DNA of 64,000 nt, taken from positions 97,278,001 to 97,342,000 of the forward strand of contig OZ024742.1 of NCBI GenBank assembly GCA_964016885.1. The letters run 5' to 3'. The notes under the pieces were generated by a model, which did not search any database, was not told where the DNA came from, and saw nothing but the letters and a program-made list of their open reading frames with translations. Origin of the DNA: Eledone cirrhosa (Eukaryota). A program made the position numbers and the translations under genes. This document shows, piece after piece, positions 25,281 to 39,366 of this stretch. Position 1 is the first letter of the stretch; each line of letters starts with the position of its first letter.

Positions 25281-27075
25281 AATATTCCGATTACAATCTT
25301 ATTAAGGCAGTTAAAAATGATGTACACATATTCTAAATAAACTACTACATTTGGAAGGTTTTATAAAGCCATAAGTTACATGTTCTGCTATGATCGATCG
25401 AAAATTAATTAAAGCGTATTTCCACATTTTTTTTTTTTTTCAATATGCAGGGAAATTAGTAAATGTAACAATTTCATTTGTTCATAAACTCAGTATTTAT
25501 ATACACATTAATGCAGTTTCAAATAACACTGTATTGTATATGTACAGATATCTATATATTTTAAAACGCTCTGTTTGATATTCCAGGTACTCCGATTTTG
25601 AAGTGTTATGTGCCTATCTAATTTCGAATAGCTACACAGTATCCTTGAATATCATAAGAGACAACCAAAAGGATTTGGTGTCAGGAAAAACATTCATCTG
25701 TAAAAAGGACCCAATGATAAGCATGAAATCTGTCATGAGGCTCAGAAAGGTCAACCCCTACTCGAGCAGGGAAAATAACCTCAAAACGGTTGTAATAGTA
25801 GTATGTATGGCAAAATAAAGTTCTGGATATTTTGTACAATTTCCGATGTTAAAAAACATAAACATCAGAAGATTCTATAGAAACTAAAAACAAAAAATAT
25901 AAATAAAAAGGTTAGATGTTTTATCATTCAACTATTTCCCCTTCACTGTGATGGGGCGGAAAAAAAAAACATTCACATAGCAAAAAAACAAACAAGACAA
26001 TTATAATATGGTAGGAAGCTAGATAGCACATTACTATTTGTCATACAAATTTCGTTTAACATTTTAAACACAAGTGCGTTGTGCTTTGCTTTGTAATTCA
26101 CATATCTGATTCTAGTGAAATTTTACTGTTAAACAAGTAAAAAAAAAAAAACGATTTTTAGGAAATTAATAAGAACTCCGAATAGATTTGCTTTATTTTT
26201 CAACCCGAGGTACTTATAGAGTTTTAGTTTATTTTTCACCGAGTAAATTACATTTCATATCAGCTATTAAAATCTATAAATAGACTTTGTTTTGTCCTTT
26301 ACTGTTTTATTTTTTACGATATGTGTTTTTGTCCTATGGGATTTTTCTGTATCCAGTGAGATCTACTTCCTGCCTAGATCAACATTGGATTTCTGCCTGT
26401 GAATACAGTTCTCAGTTTATCAAGACTATATTACTTTTAATAATTTTAAACAAATGTTGCACCAATTATTTCAAAAGGTAACATACTTAACTTAGTGTGG
26501 ATTACAAATGTCGTATCTATTCAGTAACTATGAGAAATATGTAAGTAAACATACATTTATATATGCAAGCATATCTTATTTACATATTTCTCTGTAGATT
26601 GAAGAATGCTGAACGGATTGACCTAAGTGCTGGTTCTTGCTGGGATCATGAAAAAAAGCTATATGTATGTATGTATTTTTACGGGGCACTTCATTAAGAC
26701 ATTTCTCTAGTATAAAATCTGCGACTTCGTTTCCATTCAATTGAGGGGAATGCATTCGTTGTTCAGAGAACGGAATTGGCGCCGTGCAAAGCTTCAAGCA
26801 CAGGCATCTCTTGAAACCTGACATCTTCGTAAGTATCAAACAATAGTATTTCTCAAAATTGAGTTGCAGCCATCGTGTAATGAAAATATGAACAGACACT
26901 GTTATGAAGTTCATCTATCCTCAATATAACTTTGTTTTATTGCATATCTTTCTTTTCTTACAAATATTATTGTTATATTTCTTCAAGACTAATTACTGTT
27001 TTTATATTCTAGATATTGAATAAAAGCTTGGAATTGGAGCTTTAGTTTTGCAATATTAGAACGCACAACACACAC

Positions 27076-27784
27076 TGTAACAGAATATTATGTGTGGTTG
27101 TAACGATAAGTGGATGGATGGATGTAACTGTTGGTATGGTGGTTTCGATGTAAAGAAAAATACCAGGATTGTGTTGTTACAAAGTTTATTTTATTATAAC
27201 AATTTGAATATTGAATGATAAAATAATTGACAACATATTCATACAATAATTTGGTGGCTCTTCGAGCCACGTAAATTCAAGTATCACAGAATACGATTAT
27301 AATATGTGTAAACAGAAATGAATGGTGCGTGTACAAATGCTGGACTCACTATGAATGTGTGTGTGCGGCGTATCAGTATATTTACTTATTTGTATTGCAG
27401 GAGTCAGCGATCAGCCAGGTAGGTGAGAATAAGTGGCAGACTGGTTTTTCGTGACGAGAGCTTGTAAATGCGACTTGTCTTGTCTGTATATCACTTCTTT
27501 TCTATTCGAGGCGTAAACAATCCCTGTATTTAGAAGAGTTGAAGTTAGAAGGATAGATATATCCTCTGAACTTTGGTTAGTCTCCCAAGGGATTAGTTTG
27601 CCAAGCGAAAACAAGTCAGAAAGCTGGATATATCCTCTGACCTATTTTCTGTCAGGCGTAAACACCTCTGACCTGTGTTTAGCCTCTCCCAAGGGATTAG
27701 TCTCTTGAGCGTAAACAAGTTACCATGGCTTGTCCCAGAGGCGGGAAAGCTCAGATTCGGTTTCGAATCTTCGCCGCCGTTATA
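27076..27784 (-). repeat. 3' LTR
   Basis: About 97% similar by eye to 32164-32877; preceded on the minus strand by PPT GGAAGGGGGGTAC (27797-27785). Confidence 0.95.
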
Positions 27785-28161
27785 GTACCCCCCTTCCAGT
27801 GAGAAAGCTAAGATTGAACGATCTAGGTGCATGTGAAATGAAGATAGGTATGACTAGGTGTGTTGTTGAAGAAAATCAGTAAAAATAAAAAAACACATGA
27901 AAGTCATTTATAAACAGGAGACATGAAAGGAAACATACAAAGCAAAAGAAATTTACATGCAAGAAAATGTACTGTGATGTTACATAAAATTGAAAATGTT
28001 CGTACGAAAAGTGTGTTGATTAAAAGTTCGTTCATTTCATAGAAACGGAAAAATGTTCTTTTGTCTGTTCTTTTGATGTGGGTGATGCACAGAGTTTATT
28101 GATTTGTGTGTAGCAATAGTTCATGGCCACAGAAATTTGCCGATTCGTTGAAATGTACAAA

Positions 28162-31100
28162 TTAGCCAAAATGTCGACCAGATGCATAATTTGTACTTAC
28201 CCGATAAACTTGTACGTATCGCGTGGGCCATCGGACTGTTCTTCCAGATTTGGTGTGTCGGGGTTGTGCAGAATTTGTCGTGTTTGTGTCGGGCAAAGTT
28301 CTTGGTGAGTCTGCTGGAGAAACGGTGGGTACTGGTGGCAACTCCTGTTCTATGAACGCTTTTTTTAAACGATCAATGGAGACGGTATTTCGTTTCCCGT
28401 TCAAGTCGAGGACGAAATACTTAGGGCATTTCTGTATCACCTTATAGGGCCCGGAATACGGCGGACGAAGTTGCGATGGAATACCGTCATTTCTAACGAA
28501 AACATGCGTCCGTGTATCGATGTCTTTTGGTATGTGTGAAGTAACGTGCTGTTGTTTAGGGGCTGAAGGAGTCAGATGCGACATCGATGACCGTAAACGG
28601 TGCACAAATTTTGTAGGGTCTGGAAGTTCTTGTGGCGAAACAGGAGCGATCATTTGCCCGGGTAGAGTGAGTACAGTGCCATACAACATTTCAGCCGGAG
28701 AATGTCCGACTCCCTCCTTAACAGTGGAACGAATACCAAGAAGAATGAGTGGGAGGTATTCGAACCAGTTAGTGGAGTCTTCGTAAGCTTTGATAGATGA
28801 TTTTAGCTGGCGGTGTAAGCGTTCTACCATGCCGTTAACGGCAGGGTGATACGCTGTTGTACGGATGTGTTTGCACCCGAGGAGACGAGTCAGCTCGGTA
28901 AATAGGTGCGAATCGAACTGACGTCCTCTATCCGTAGTGATGGTCGCGGGTGTGCCGAAACGCGAAACCCAGTGAAACACTAGCGTTTTGGCGACAGCTT
29001 CCGCAGTAATATCCGTCAGGAGAAAAGCTTCTGGTCAGCGAGAAAATCGATCGACACAGGTGAGAAGATGAGTGTAGTTGTGAGAAGGAGGCAAAGGTCC
29101 AACGATGTCTATATGCACATGTTGGAACCGTGCATCAGGTGTTGCGAAAGAACCGATCGGGGCTTTGATGTGCCGGTGAATTTTCGCCTTCTGGCACGCG
29201 ATGCAGTTCCTAGCCCATTCGCCGGTGTCTTTGTTGATGTTGGGCCACACAAAGCGGGCAACCATCAGTTTCTGCGTGGCGCGGACGCCAGGATGTGCCA
29301 GAGAATGTAGTGCCGAGAAAACGTCGCGTCGATGTTCCGGGGCACGTATGAGCGCTCGTGGCCTGTGGAGATATCGCACCAAATATAACCCGAACAAGAG
29401 GGCAGCGGGCATTCCTTCAATTTCAAGGATGATTTCCGGAATTGCAGCAGTTCCTCGTCATTCTGTTTATCCTCTGGAGGTCGATAGTGGCAGTGGTCTG
29501 GATTGCGTTAAGCTCCATGCGCGATAGGGCATCAGCTGCTGAGTTGGTGGCACCCTTAATGTACCGAATATCAGTAGTGTATTGAGAAATGAAGTCCAGA
29601 TGTCGGACCTCCCTGGGTGAGTGTCGGTCAGGCTTGGCATTGAACGCGTACACTAGTGGTGTGTGGTCGGTGTATATAGAGAACACACGACCTTCTAGCA
29701 TGTGTCGAAAATGCTTTACAGCAAGGTATGCTGCCAATAATTCACGACTGAATGTGCTGTACTTAGTTTCGGCGGGTTTTAATCGCTTAGAGAAAAAAGA
29801 TACAGGTCGCCAAATAAAAAGTTGTTGAAGTACACCTCCAACTCCGAAATCGGATGCATCAGTCAATAAACACATTGGGGCGTCAGGTTTGGGGTAACTC
29901 AGCATTGTAGCCTCGGACAACATTTCCTTCAACTCAGCGAAAGCGGTACATTCTTTTTCTTTTTCGCTGAGCTTGATGTTTGCGTTTTTGGTTGTACGCT
30001 GCCGCAGCAAATCTGTGAGTGGTTGGGCTGTCTCTGCACAGTGGGGTATAAATCTTCTGTAGAAGTTTACCAGGCCAAGAAATTCTCGCAGTTTGCGGAG
30101 AGATGTAGGTTGTGGAAAATCAATGATGGATTTGACTTTCTCCTTAAGTGGGCGAATACCATCTTTGTCAATGATGTGTCCCAGAAAATGAAGAGACGCA
30201 ACTCCGAACTCACATTTGCTGGGGTTGATAACAATTCCGTATTCACGCAAACGTGTGAATAGGAGATCCAGGTGCTTCTCATGGTCTTCATCGGAGCTGC
30301 TGGCCACCAGTAAGTCGTCGATGTATGCGTATACAAAAGGTAGACCTCTGGTGACTGTATCGATGAATCGCTGGAATGTCTGCGCTGCATTTCGCAAACC
30401 GAAAGGCATACGCAGAAATTCGAACATTCCAAAGGGTGTTGTGACTGCGGTCTTTGGAATATCTGCGGGCTCAACGGGTATCTGATTGTAAGCTCGCAAA
30501 AGATCGATCTTCGAAAATATGCGAGCCCCGTGCAGCGAGCTAGAGAAGTCCTGTAGATGAGGCACTGGATAAGAATCAGGAACGGTGCAGTTGTTCATTG
30601 CACGGTAGTCGCCACAGATTCGCCAGTCGTTCGACGACTTCTTGGGTACACAGTGTATGGGTGAGGACCAGTTGCTGCTGGACGGACGTATGATGCCGAG
30701 ATCCAGCATGTGCTGAAATTCTTGTTTGACGGACTGGTGGTAGCCTTCTAGGTCGTGCAGCGACAGGTGGGCCGTGAGTTTTTATGTGGTTTGTGACGTC
30801 ATGTTTTACAGGGCAAGCGTTGAATAGTGGTCGAGCTACGTCTGGGTATTTGTTGATTATGTGGTTGAAATGACTGGACTGACTGTGGCTGTCCTAGCGG
30901 CTATGCCGCACACAGCGAGACCAGTGGAGTTGTCAACGAGTCGTTGGTTTTTCAGGTCCACTAGCAGCGAGAAATGCTGAAGAAAGTCAGCTCCTAAAAT
31001 AAGGGTCGGCAGCTTAGCCACAACGAACACCCACTGGAAAGTGCGGCGTAGTCCCAAATTTAGTGTCAGGGACTGTTCTCCGTAGGTCGGAATATGTGAG

Positions 31101-31250
31101 TGATTCACCGCCTGGAGCCAGGCTGGTGTCTCTCTCCTTTTTCCAGGAACGCAGGAAACCGGGATGATGCTCACTTCAGCACCGGTGTCGACCAGGAAAC
31201 GCGTGCCTGTGACGCGATCCTGAATAAAAAAAATAGGCGACTTTGGTTAT
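28162..31250 (-). pseudogene. pol: Gypsy pol: protease, RT, RNase H, integrase (frameshifted)
   Basis: FLVDTGAEVS; [19 protein letters not shown]; TDASD..ELLA..YTDH..ADALSR; [38 protein letters not shown]. Confidence 0.93.
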
Positions 31251-31289
31251 GAGGGCCAGAAACGTCTGTCGCATTCAGTTTCTGGTTGT

Positions 31290-32110
31290 GTCGTTTCCCT
31301 GATTCGTTTTCGAAACAAATGAACAGGGATGGCTGCACTTTTGCGCTCGTCTCCCGAATTTTTGGTGGTACCAACACATTTCTGGTGAATCTCGAGATGC
31401 GCTGCGACTTCTTGAGCGACCACCAAATCGGCGAGTTCCTGTTGGACAGACGCGTGGCAGGGTTGCACAGTGACAAGGCCTGAATTTGTTGCGTCAAGGC
31501 TTGTATCTGTGTTGCTTGCTGTGCCAGTAACCGGTGTAAATCCGGCATCTCTGTGGCCCTGGAGGGCTGAAGGAAAGGATTGGTGGAAGGCACGGCTGGC
31601 GTCACATTCGCTATTTTTGAGTGCGGATGATCTTATCTGCCAGCTCGGCGAGTTCTTCTATGGTGGTGGACTCCCTGGTGGATGCTAGTACAACTTGTGT
31701 GGCAAAAGGTAAACGCTGGAGGAAGAGTTGCTTGAAAATTTCATCCGGGAGTTTATGTTCACCCAGAAGCTGCTTCATTCTCCGTAGGAGTTGCGTCGGC
31801 TGTTTATCTCCTAATTCCTCCGATATGAGGAGCTGGTGCAAACGCTTCTGCTGCGACTCCGACGTCCGCTTAACTAATGTTCTTTTAAATGTGTCATATG
31901 ACACAGAGCCGGGTGGTCTAAAATGAGGTCTCTAACCTCATTCATAATCTCCGGAGACATCGAACCGATGACATGTGTGAGACGGGATGCCTCGCTAACG
32001 ATCCGGTTCAATGCGAACTGCGCTTCGATGTGCGCCCAGAATGGTGGAATCCTTAATATCGCCCTGACTGCCATTTCTGCCGTAGATGAATCGTCGTGTG
32101 CTAGAGACAT
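31290..32110 (-). pseudogene. gag: Gypsy gag (frameshifted)
   Basis: IPPFW..IEAQF, ELGDKQPTQLLRRMKQL, LFLQRLP, C-X2-H-X9-C-X3-C knuckle. Confidence 0.88.
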
Positions 32111-32150
32111 CGTTTGTAGTGGATGATCAGAAGGTTGTGTGTCTGTTTTA

Positions 32151-32161
32151 CGGGGTCACCA
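32151..32161 (-). promoter_or_regulatory. Primer-binding site (TGGTGACCCCG), complementary to the tRNA-Trp 3' end
   Basis: Lies 2 nt downstream of the 5' LTR; tRNA-Trp priming is characteristic of CsRn1-clade elements. Confidence 0.8.
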
Positions 32162-32163
32162 GA

Positions 32164-32877
32164 TGTAACGGAATATTATGTGTGGTTGTAACGATAAGTG
32201 GATGGATGTAACTGTTGGTATGGTGGTTTCGATGTAAAGAAAAATACCAGGATTGTGCTGTTACAATGTTTATTTTATTATAACAATATTCAATTTGAAT
32301 ATTGAATGATAAAATAATTGACACAAAATATTCATATAATAATTTGGCGGCTCTTCGAGCCACGTAAATTCAAGTATCACAGAATACGATTATAATATGT
32401 GTAAACAGAAATGAATGGTGCGTGTACAAATGCTGGACTCACTGTGAATGCGTGTGTGCGGCGTATCAGTATATTTACTTATTTGTATTGCAGGAGTCAG
32501 CGATCAGCCAGGTAGGTGAGAATAAGTGGCAGACTGGTTTTTCGTGACGAGAGCTTGTAAATGCGACTTGTCTTGTCTCTATATCACTTCTTTTCTATTC
32601 GAGGCGTAAACAATCCCTGTACTTATAAGAGTTGAAGTTAGAAGAATAGATATATCCTCTGAACTTTGGTTAGTCTCCCAAGGGATTAGTTTGCCAAGCG
32701 TAAACAAGTCAGAAAGATGGATATATCCTCTGACCTATTTTCTGTCAGGCGTAAACACCTCTGACCTGTGTTTAGCCTCTCCCAAGGGGTTAGTCTCTTG
32801 AGCGTAAACAAGTTACCACGGCTTGTCCCAGAGGCGGGAAAGTTCAGATTCGGTTTCGAATCTTCGCCGCCGTTATA
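32164..32877 (-). repeat. 5' LTR
   Basis: TATAACGG...CCGTTACA on the minus strand; partner of 27076-27784. Confidence 0.95.
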
Positions 32878-33919
32878 CACACAATAAATACAATTAATTA
32901 TTGAGATGAACTTCACAAATATATATGATCAGAGCGCGAGAAAGAAAAACATGTATGTATGTATGTATGTATGGACCTATAACACCTGAAGGAGTCATAA
33001 GGGCGCAGTAGTAAGATATATCATGGGCATTTTAAATCTGGCTGAAACCATCATTCTCTGTTGGTTTCAATTATGACTATTCAGTTGTTCTATCTACTGA
33101 CGTTCCACCCTATGAATTAACATAAGAATACTTAATCTTATTTCTAAACCTAATCAACATGTCACAATATGTGTCAAGGCTGTACCTTTGAAATACAGGT
33201 ATAGACAATCTGATGGGTTTCCATGCAATTTCCTCTACTCAGTTTCACTCACGTAGGCTATAGTAAATACACTTGCTTAAGTGGGCTACATGATTGTGAA
33301 ATCAACATCTTAATCATTCACCCATACCCACATCTACTGGAAATACAATAGGAGATTCCTAGTTACCTCCCATTACGCGTTTGCGTTTTGTTTGATATTT
33401 GTATTAAACTATAAAACTAAAGCAGATAGTGGATTTATCTTTTTTGCCATTTTGTATCCATATAACGATATAAATTGCATTATTATTTTTTGGCTTTGTT
33501 TCCTCTAAATAAATACTGCAGGAATCATTTATGCGCTACCTTGACATGGGACACCCGAAATTGTATGCAACCAAGTTGGAACAGGTGGTAGTTAAAACAA
33601 AACAATAAAGGTAGATAATGGAAATTGAACCAGAGACTAGCAGGTTCTACATACGGAATCAAATATCAGATTAAGTATTTCAAAGAAGACAAAAATAAAT
33701 CAAAGATTTTAAGATACATAGGTAGAATGAAATATCCGAATTTAATGATTATATGTTTTATAATGATTAAAGAAAATATAGAAGAAAATTATTTTATTTT
33801 ATTTAAATGAATATAAAATGGAATAAGGCGCTGACTGGAGCGATGATAGAGACGGTCAATTGAAACAAGTTTTCAAGCATCTTTGAATGAAGGTTGGAAT
33901 CAAGGATTTGTTAAATTAA

Positions 33920-33961
33920 CCCCATCTGTTTTTACTGGTACACCAGTAAAAAAGGATGGGG
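33920..33961. mobile_element. 42-bp hairpin, piggyBac-like micro-MITE
   Basis: TTAA-CCCCATC..TTTTTACTGGT-AC-ACCAGTAAAAA..GATGGGG-TTAA. Confidence 0.5.
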
Positions 33962-34979
33962 TTAATATATAGTTAATATATATATGTGTGTGTCTTGTGT
34001 GCATGAGTGCAGGGATTGCTGTGTGGTTAAAGAGTTTGCTTGGCAACCTTGGCCCTTTGGGATAGACAAATGACCAGCTTCATAAAACAGAGAAAAAAAA
34101 TTGCCCACAAAGAGAGAAAGTGAGAGATTACAGTGGAAGAGTGAAAGAGTGTAGAAACAAGCGAGATAGAAAACAGTAGTACAGACAGAAGTTGTAAGCT
34201 GGGATGGTGGTAAAATGATTTAGTTTAAAGCGAAATTGAAGAACATAAGAGAAGAAATACCCTCATATCCCGAGAAATCATAAAGAAGGTAAAAAAAAAT
34301 GTTTAAATGCTAAAAATATTTTCTGCAATTTCCTAATTATGTCCACTGAGTATTCTATTTTTATTCTCACACCAAAGACAAGATGTTGTATATATATACA
34401 CACACACACACATGTGTGTATATATATATTTATATATATATATAGAGAGAGAGAGAATGATGGTAAGAAACAGACGAACAGAAACACATACTCAAGAACA
34501 TACACTTGCACAGGCTCACGGAGTTACACACAAACATGTATATACACACATACACACATCAACTAAAGAAAAAAATTAGTTTTGGAGATAGCTAGAAGAA
34601 ATGAATATAACTACCATTTCTTGTCTCTAAACAAGATTCCATGGTGGAATGACTCCAGCAAAACTTGAGGCAACAACAGCAGCAACAACATCATCACTAT
34701 GAATTTGTTCACAGCTAGTTTTCTAATTAGAACTGATAAAAAATTAGAAGTTGGGAAGGGGAAGGGATGGGTAGAAGGAGGATGAAGTGATGAAAGCCTT
34801 TTAACTTTCTTCATACAATATTTCCAATGAAATCCATTGCCCATGGTTTTTGAATATTTCTGAAAATAATCAAGAATTTAAAAGGATTTATTAATATTAC
34901 TTTCTCCTTATTAAACTGGTGTTTGGAGCATAACTTAATAAAAGTTCTTACAGAAAAATTATGATGGCGCCTAGGTTAC

Positions 34980-35880
34980 AATGTCCCAAATAAAATAATT
35001 TCATCATACAATTAGGCAAGCTGACAAACCTATTTTTCAACATTTCTTGCACTGACCAAGCCAAGAAATTATTAAGCCTGAATATCAGTTTGACTACATT
35101 TCACGCAGCAACACTCCACTCATCTATTGGATCACTGTTATTTCTAATCTATCCATCCTACTCGGCTTCTCCATATTTTCACCCATGTCTTACTCTTATA
35201 AATCATGGGACTTTACATACATGCAAAATACATATTTTCTTTTAGTTTAAAAACACTTCTCTTCATCAGCACACCACTCATTTTCCAGACATTCATCCAT
35301 ATATTACTGTAAATACTATTGCTGTTTCTGATTCACTCTCTCCATTCAATACAATATGTCTCAAAGCTAACAAAATATTTTCCCATCTTCCACTGTTACA
35401 TCATTTCCAAGATCCAGCTCAACATCCATTCTATCTATAGCTTTCCCCATACACATTTTACCACCAGATTTGATAATCCCTTCATACCACTTCATTTTTT
35501 ATCTACCCATCCAGTGAATATTATGCACTTTATGGAGTTCACTCTAACACTTTTCTTGCACATTTCCATTTTCCAGTTCTTTCTATCTCACCAAATGGTT
35601 TACCACTTCCCATCACCTTTGTCTTTTTTTATATTTGCTTTAATACCTTTTGTCTCTATACATTCATTTTCCCAACACAAATCTAAACTGCATTTCATCA
35701 ATCTCTACTTTTTTCCTTATCCTCTTGTCTCATGCTCTTTCCAATAGCTTAATTGTTCTATATTAACCACAACTTAAAAGATTGCCTTTCCTCTTGTACA
35801 GAGTAATGAGAATACTTAACACCCACTCCACTGGAATATGTTCTTCTTTTGCCACCATCCTACAGATCTCTGTCATACTC
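34980..35880 (-). mobile_element. Old degenerate RTE-like LINE fragment
   Basis: Minus translation fragments IPVEW..SILITLYKRKG..LSCG (RT start) and a decayed 3' region; many stops. Confidence 0.55.
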
Positions 35881-36229
35881 TTCACATACAAGTGCTCTGA
35901 GGCCAGTTTCCTTGTTAAAGCATGATTTAGCCTTGTGGGCCCCATGGCAGGCTTCATAATCATTGAGGGGTCCTTTTTGGCATCAGCCCTTTTAGTCATC
36001 TCTTATGACACACAGGGATACAGTATTCTTATTCTAAACTGGATACACACAGCAGTGTGTATATTATTGTTGATTATTTGATTAAGAATTAGGGAATAGT
36101 GTACTTGGAAGATAGCAATACCAATATCTGATCTCAGATATGAATAGTTACTCGGTATCTGCTGTATTTTCTCAATTTTCTTTAACATACATTTATTGTT
36201 GATTCTTAGGTAATCTTCTCCTTTCACTT

Positions 36230-37060
36230 TTTCCTGAGAGGATCATGAGGACAGAGTTCTCAAACATGCCTTTATGAGTGTCCTATCAAAAGCAACCTTT
36301 TGCAAATGATTGGGATAGATCTCCATTATGACCAACCAAACTTATAGATGTTATCCAATCATCTTTTTCGTCATCTACCTCCCAGTTGGCTTTGACTGTA
36401 AAATATGTTCTGTGGTTATTTCCCTAGACAATCTAACTAGTTGTCTGTACACTGGAAGTGTGATCTCTTAATGTGAAGAAGTAACCGCTCTACATAGAGA
36501 AACTCACTGATCTCTGAGCTATGCAACCTAATGAGTAATGTTACTCCAAAGATCATTTAGAGGAACCCCATTTGGCTGCTTGTATTTACTTGCACATTAT
36601 TGCACCTGCTCCAGTAATTCTTACATTTAATTTAGCCTACTGCCTTCTATCACTCATGGAAATGGCACCAAGATACTTGAAATACTTCAACTGCTTCAGT
36701 GTAACTCCTATCACATGCAAAGCCTACTGCACAGGCTTTCTAGAGAAATAGGTGTCTCATTCTTTGTAGCATTGAATTTCATTCCTGCCATGCATCACTC
36801 AGCAGCAATCATATCCAATGCATGTTTGAGATCACCTAATGAGTTAAGTAGCACCATATCATCTGCAAATATCAGCCTCCTGATTCTACACCTGGTGGTT
36901 TCAATACAACTTCCAGCCCAGCCACACATATTCATCTAGCAAACGATGATTATAAAACAGAAGAAGTAACAATACACACTCATGAATGAATCACACACAC
37001 ATTAAATGGTTTCAGATTAACTCCATTTATCTGAACATATATACTACTGTATTCATTTAT
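36230..37060 (-). mobile_element. Old RTE family 1 fragment
   Basis: LKQLKYFKYLG and a decayed FADDM-like segment; similar to 13200-13700. Confidence 0.6.
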
Positions 37061-37379
37061 ACCGTACTCTTGCAGAACCTTCCAGAACAAACCCAATGGA
37101 ACATGTTTATATGCATATATAGACACACTAGCTGAAACTGCTTGCCACCACAGTTGGGATTTTACATCTCTCTCTCTATATATATATAAAGAGAGAGAGA
37201 GAGAGGGATATAGATATAGATAGATAGATTTCTTTATTTATATAGATATAGATAGATGGTGAATTGGTGTGTAATGTTTAGTTACTGATGGTGTACCAGT
37301 TTGAGCACTTAATGCTAATATTTGTGTCTAGCCACCAATGTGGTATTTCTTCATTGTTGGTATCCTTAACAAGCAGAGT

Positions 37380-37414
<35 letters not shown>

Positions 37415-37416
<2 letters not shown>

Positions 37417-37645
37417 GTTTCTTATATAGGCACAAGGCCAGCAATTTGGGGGAGGGAAAAGTTGATTAAATAAACCCAGTGCATGACTGGTACTTTATTT
37501 TATCGACTCCCGTAAGGATGAAAAGCAAAGCTATCCTCGGCGGAATTTGAACTCAGACCATAAAGGGCCGTAACTCAGTAGAGGGCTGGATGCTATGGTG
37601 TAAAGCATAGCATCCGACCCTCTACTGATTCTGCCAATCCACCGA
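37415..37645 (-). mobile_element. SINE family A
   Basis: Reverse-complement core with (ATT)n tail at 37382-37415. Confidence 0.88.
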
Positions 37646-37660
37646 ATAATAAAATTAATA

Positions 37661-37900
37661 ATAATAATAATATGGAGCAGGAATGAAGTATCGATATAAC
37701 ATCATTATTTTTATTCACACATGAAATGCATTTCGTGATTGATCATTATAAGAATCCAAGTCTGATGAGGTATCGATTCCAGTGTCGGGCCTAATCACAA
37801 TCGAACGTACCATGAGCTGCTCGATCATGAAGTGTGTGTCACGGACAAATAAATATAATGATGTAATATTGATGCATCGTTCCTGCTCTGTATTATTATT
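37661..37900. mobile_element. Short inverted-repeat element (~80-bp diverged arms) with a decayed hammerhead-like core
   Basis: AATAATATGGAGCAGGAATGAAGTATCGATATAACATCATTAT pairs with ATAATGATGTAATATTGATGCATCGTTCCTGCTCTGTATTATT; CTGATGA at 37762. Confidence 0.55.
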
Positions 37901-38087
37901 TGTGTGTGTTAAAGATTACACATTTCAATTTGGAAGAAGGTAAAAAAATAAGAAAAGAGAAAGATACATATATTGACTACATACCAATGTTTAGCCATGT
38001 TTAAACTGAAGAGACAACTCACTAACTGGCATCTTCATTGAGTTGAAAAACCCGCAAAGAAGAACCTATACACAAACACATACACTT

Positions 38088-39362
<1,275 letters not shown>

Positions 39363-39366
<4 letters not shown>

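Larger units (their letters stand above)
27076..32877 (-). mobile_element. Full-length Ty3/Gypsy LTR retrotransposon, CsRn1 clade, degenerate
   Basis: Two ~710-bp LTRs, 5-bp TSD CACAC (27071-27075 / 32878-32882), tRNA-Trp-type PBS, PPT, gag-PR-RT-RH-IN order, CHCC knuckle CWYHQKFGRRAQKCSHPC. Confidence 0.95.
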
